Part shown: positions 53,815 through 64,000 of the stretch, one piece after another
Numbering within the stretch: position 1 is the first letter of the stretch
How the letters are laid out: each line of letters opens with the position of its first letter
Origin: the human T2T-CHM13v2.0 reference genome, Homo sapiens
Assembly: GCF_009914755.1 (NCBI RefSeq)
Contig: NC_060947.1
DNA: 64,000 nucleotides
Strand: one strand, 5' to 3'
Position numbers and translations under genes: made by a program
Notes under the pieces: generated by a model
Told to the model about the DNA's origin: nothing
What the model saw: the letters and a program-made list of their open reading frames with translations, nothing else
Databases searched by the model: none

Positions 53815-54949
53815 TCAAAGTCAACTCTTAATTAAAGTCATCTTAATGGCTTTGTCTCCATCAACCACTACCGAATTCTTTGGAGTGGGATATCATTCAG
53901 TGTTGCACTCATAGCCATTCTGAGCATGTTTTTTTGTTTGTTTAATCTGTCTTACTTTTATTTTTTACTTCATTTTGAATGTCAGTTCTAGTACAAGTAG
54001 CAGCGGGGGATCAGTAAACACCCTGGACTGGAATTCAAGAGGCCAATGTTCTATTCCTTGAACGGGAAAGTTTCCTCTCTGCTATGACCCTGAGTTTTAC
54101 CATCTATAACCTTCTCACTTTCCCAGCAATGTTTTGAGAACAGAATATTACATAAAAGTAAGGACTAAATGGATGTGAAAGTGCCCTGCCAGCATTCATG
54201 AAGGGTAACAAGGATCCTGGGAATCTCTTTGTTTTTTCTTCCAATTAAAGAAAGAATTCCTTCTGCACTAGTAGCAGCTTATAAATGAGTAATATATTAT
54301 CAGATATATTCTTTTCTTCACATTCTTTGAAGCAACTTTTGTAATGAGAGGATTAAACTGTAATTGCTTTCTGTTAAAAAAATATTAACACCAACCTTTT
54401 CTCTAATCATGCTTGTGTGCTTAATACTGTTTACATTTACACTGGTCTTTTTTGAGGAACCTAAAACACAGAGTCTACCTGGGCATAAAATCTGTATTTA
54501 GAGAAAATAGAACAAAGAAACTCTTAAGAGACCAAGGATACGTTTGTTTCCCTTAACATAATTCAAACAGCTTAGCTTTGGAAACTAGCCCTTTGTCTCA
54601 TTGAGCTACTATTTCTAATTTATATGATTTTAAGAAAAACACTATGTCTTATCCAACCTTACATCCCCAGAGCACTTAGCAGAGTATCTGCCTTATTAAA
54701 GGAACTTAATAAATGAATTAATTAATGATTTAATCCATCAACATCCCTGTGGCAGTGATGGAAGTCATGAAGCTCATTTATTTGTTGGTGGAATCAGACA
54801 ACAGAGAGGCTGGAAAATTATCCCAATGCCAAAAAGAATGTTCTTACTTTAACTGTGCTGTGTCATTATCAATAGCTTGGGAAGATAGGCTTAATTAGTT
54901 ATATAGAATACTTTCTTTATTAAGGCTAATATCAATATCAATCAGCAGT

Positions 54950-55782
54950 AAAATTCTGGGTCAGACTGGTAAACAAAAATACGTAAGCTTTGGAAAAACA
55001 GATAATTATTAGCAGGAGCTACCATGGATTCACTAAAAACAAATTATGCCAAGCCTAACTTTTATGGAAAACAAAATTGCCACACATTTCACATCAAAGA
55101 GAGAAGCTGTTGACATTGTGTATCTGAATTTCATCAAGGCACTGACAGACTATATCATGTGTCCATTATGCTACATGGAAAAATTAAATAGATTAGAGAA
55201 TATTTATATGGCTTCTTAACTGGTTAAAATATATCCAAAGATTTTGTTTAGTAGGTCAATATAAAACACTGATATAGTCTCTAATGGCTAATATCAGGCT
55301 TTGTCCTTAAATAATTATACTAAAAATAAAGACATAGAAGACATGATTCAATGATACAGATAAAAATTATAGTCAATACATTGAATAAAAGAAATAGAAA
55401 GCTTTATGTGGCTTGGAGTTATTAGAGTATAATATATAAGGTGAAATTTAATACGGATAAATAGAAATTCTTGCATTTGTCTCCAAAAATAAATACTAGG
55501 ATACATAGGATTGAGGAGATTGGCTGGTCAATGGTTGTAAAAAAAATAATCTACTAGATTTTAATTGATCAAAAAGCATTAAGGTAAGCCAAGTGGGCAA
55601 TGCCATCACCAAATAGGCCAATTTTATTTTTAGGTTACATTAATGGAAGTGTGATGTGTAAAATGGGAGAGGTGATAGTCCTGTTGTTCTGTGAGATAGC
55701 TTGAAAGCATCCAGAGTATTGTGTTCTTTACTAGATAACACACCTTAGGCTGGATATTAATAAACCTGGTAGATTACAGAGC
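54950..55782 (+). mobile_element. L3/CR1 LINE reverse-transcriptase relic, probably continuing at ~61720-62090
   Basis: ggattcactaaaaacaaattatgcc (GFTKNK-C-like) and gctgttgacattgtgtatctgaatttcatcaaggca (AVDIVYLNFIKA, cf. CR1 AVDVVYLDFSKAFD). Later gagtattgtgttc. Confidence 0.7.
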
Positions 55783-55901
55783 AGCATTTTTCAAGCTGAT
55801 CTATGGATGACTTGTATCCCAAGTGAGAAGTGATTAGGTGTTTTGTGGAGGGGAGAAAAAGGCCCAAGGTCAAAAAAGACTACATATGAAAACTGTTTCC
55901 T

Positions 55902-61520
<5,619 letters not shown>

Positions 61521-63164
61521 GAAAACTGTTTCCTATGTATTCATAATTAATATTAACATAAAAAGGAATCTTTGTAGTCTTGCATTAAAAACCCATTTGC
61601 CTTTGTTAAGCTACCTAAACATTTGACAAAACAATTTCATTTTTCAAAACACTGGGTCACTTGTTGATTTCTCACAGGATGTTAACATTCAGTGGAACAC
61701 AGTTTGAGGAATGTTGACTGAGAAGACAGTGATCAGGACTGTGAAACACCCTGAAACCAGAAAACATGAAGGACACTTGAAGACACTAAAGATAGAATTC
61801 CCCTCAAATTTCCAGAGGCTCATCACATAAAAACAGACTTTGGAAGGAAAAAAAAAAAAAAGCCAACTCTCCCATAATTAAAACTGGCACCATGAATTCA
61901 AAGGGACCATCTACAGAACTTCTTAGGAAGGTTTAAAGTGGGAGCACTAACTCACGAATTAGAGGTAATCAAGCAGAAGCTAGATAGCTAAGTATCAGCA
62001 GTGCTACAAAAGGGATTATCGTCCTCAAAGAGAGGCTGGTTGGGAAAAAATTTGGAAGTTTCTTCATGAGTTAACATTCTGTACCTCACTAACCAGCTCA
62101 TGGACATCTTATGATTTTACAGGCACTTCAACTGGAAGTGTTCTGCGATGCAGAGTAATTCAGTAATGAGTTGAAATTCCATGAAGGTGTTTGCCCAGGG
62201 ACACACAGAATGCACTCCTTGGTAAAGTAAATATCAAATACCACACTTAATTTCATACCAGCCAGCTATTGCACAGTAGGGGCCCAAGTATAGCAGTAAA
62301 ACAATAAATTTACCATTTTAGAATAATCAAACTGAAGAATGAAGGAGGTGAAATCTAAACTTATTTACAGGTCAACAAGTAAAGGGACAGGAAGAGATTT
62401 AACCAAAGTTGACAACTCATGCTGGTAGAGCTATATAACTAAAGTCTCCTCTCAGTCCAAGACTGTTCCCATCACTCCAATGACTACCAAACCCCTGATG
62501 TACTATGATCAATAATAATCTGGAATTGCCTCAAGAATAAACTTATCTTTAGGTTTTAATATATACCTAATTAATGTTAAATAAATCTACATTTAGTCAT
62601 TAAAGTTTTCTCTGAAGAGTTAAGTGCCCCATCAGCCAAGTTTTGAGTTGGTGTGTTACACTACCACACATCTTCTTTAATTCACCACTATGCCCATTAA
62701 CTTGATGATTCATTTCCTATTTAACTTCCTTTTAGCTAGAAATCAAAACAGCCCATCAAAATGCTGTAGTTATCTCCTGAATGTCAAAGGAGTCTTTCTT
62801 AAACACAAGATCACATCTACTTTTCAATTTGAAAACAATTCTGTGTGCTGTTTCTTATCCAATACTATAAACATTGTTCTGTCAAATATCTTACTAACGT
62901 GACTTTTCAGTTATCTTATTAATATGGCTTCTCTCTTCATAATGCATAGAAGACAGAATGCCTACAACCACTAATTCATTCCCTGGGTTCCTTTTTCTGG
63001 TGGAGAGTGAAAACTATTTCTCAAAAAAAGCTATGCTAAGATTGCTAATTGGGAGAGGTTATGCCCTTTCTGTCCACCTTGTGTTCATTATTTCAGTTAC
63101 AGCAAGCACTTTCTCAAGCACTTTCTTTCCCAGTACTTAGGTGGAAGAAAGGGAAGAAAACAAA

Positions 63165-63350
63165 CTCCCACTTACTGAGCATCTATTTGATAGGTTATTT
63201 ACATAATTTATTTTCTTAATCCTCAGAACAACTTGGCAAGGTATCTCGACCCTTTTTTTTACAGATGAGAAAACAGACTTGGGGAGAACAAGAAAGTGCT
63301 CCATGATTAGACAGCTGGAACAACCGGCAGAGAACGGACTGACCTCTTGG
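63165..63350 (-). mobile_element. MIR
   Basis: cattactgagcatcta...ttaatcctcagaacaac...ttttacagatgagaaaacagac. Confidence 0.75.
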
Positions 63351-64000
63351 TCTGCCTGCCTGTAAAAGCCCTGTTCTCTGGTGCAAACCCTGTTTGAAGG
63401 GGCAAAGATCCATGCCAACGCAGAGGCCTGTGTAGACAAAAGCTGCCTTATAATGAGCAGGACCCAGGCCCTAGTGTTTTTGCTTTAACCCACAAGCATC
63501 ATCTTGCTTCTCATTTTAAAATTTTATGGTCAAAAATTCTCTTTGGAGGCTTGGGAATTCAAATTCAGCAGCTTTAATCATGCTACTTACTGAAAATTTC
63601 TTCCTAATGGTATACATTATCCACCCATCACAACTCCCTTTGCACAAGCCAAGTTTGTGTAGATTACTACATGTAGTAAAATCATTTGGATAAGAACTGT
63701 GAGCTGAGAATTGGCCATTGTTTTTCTTCCCGGGGCAATTTTGTGATCCTTGGCATTGCTTAGAGGCGAAAGATCTGGGTGTGATCCTGGTAGAAAGCAC
63801 CAAAGCTTTTAGTGGATACATGAGACTGGTATAATAAAATTGAAAAATTTTATATACATGGCAGCTTTTCTCACAGAACATTTGCTGAATTCTGAGGTTG
63901 CACAAGACGCTGAAGAGGCAGGCCAAAATTTCAGAAAAGGAGAACAAAATATCCTGTAGCCTTGCAGTGCTTATGAAACACGGAGAAAAGAACTTCCTTA

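Overview
This is primate (human or great-ape-like) genomic DNA, AT-rich and mostly transposable elements. It has one convincing protein-coding exon: a 68-bp internal exon on the minus strand (15333-15400) encoding (D)[22 protein letters not shown], which I recognise as GABA-A receptor alpha-3 (GABRA3, X-linked). The rest is most simply read as GABRA3 intron. It holds four full-length or near-full-length L1s, truncated L1s, a THE1 MaLR provirus, solo LTRs, seven Alus, and L2, MIR, L3/CR1 and DNA-transposon relics. Nearly all long ORFs in the ORF track are L1, Alu or THE1 remnants. I see no evidence for a new multi-gene system, CRISPR array or RNA gene. The most interesting content is a set of readable mutational footprints: (1) a retrotransposed L1 whose 5'UTR intron was spliced out exactly, with an unspliced L1 in the same window as a control; (2) a ~430-bp non-repeat segment copied from ~3.2 kb away and flanked by a perfect 14-bp target duplication; (3) a full-length L1 with a 25-nt 3' transduction tag; (4) an L1 inserted antisense into an older L1 and truncated almost exactly at the homologous position; and (5) several fold-back or templated micro-insertions. 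Repeat subfamily calls are from memory of consensus sequences, not from a search, and boundaries of old elements are approximate.
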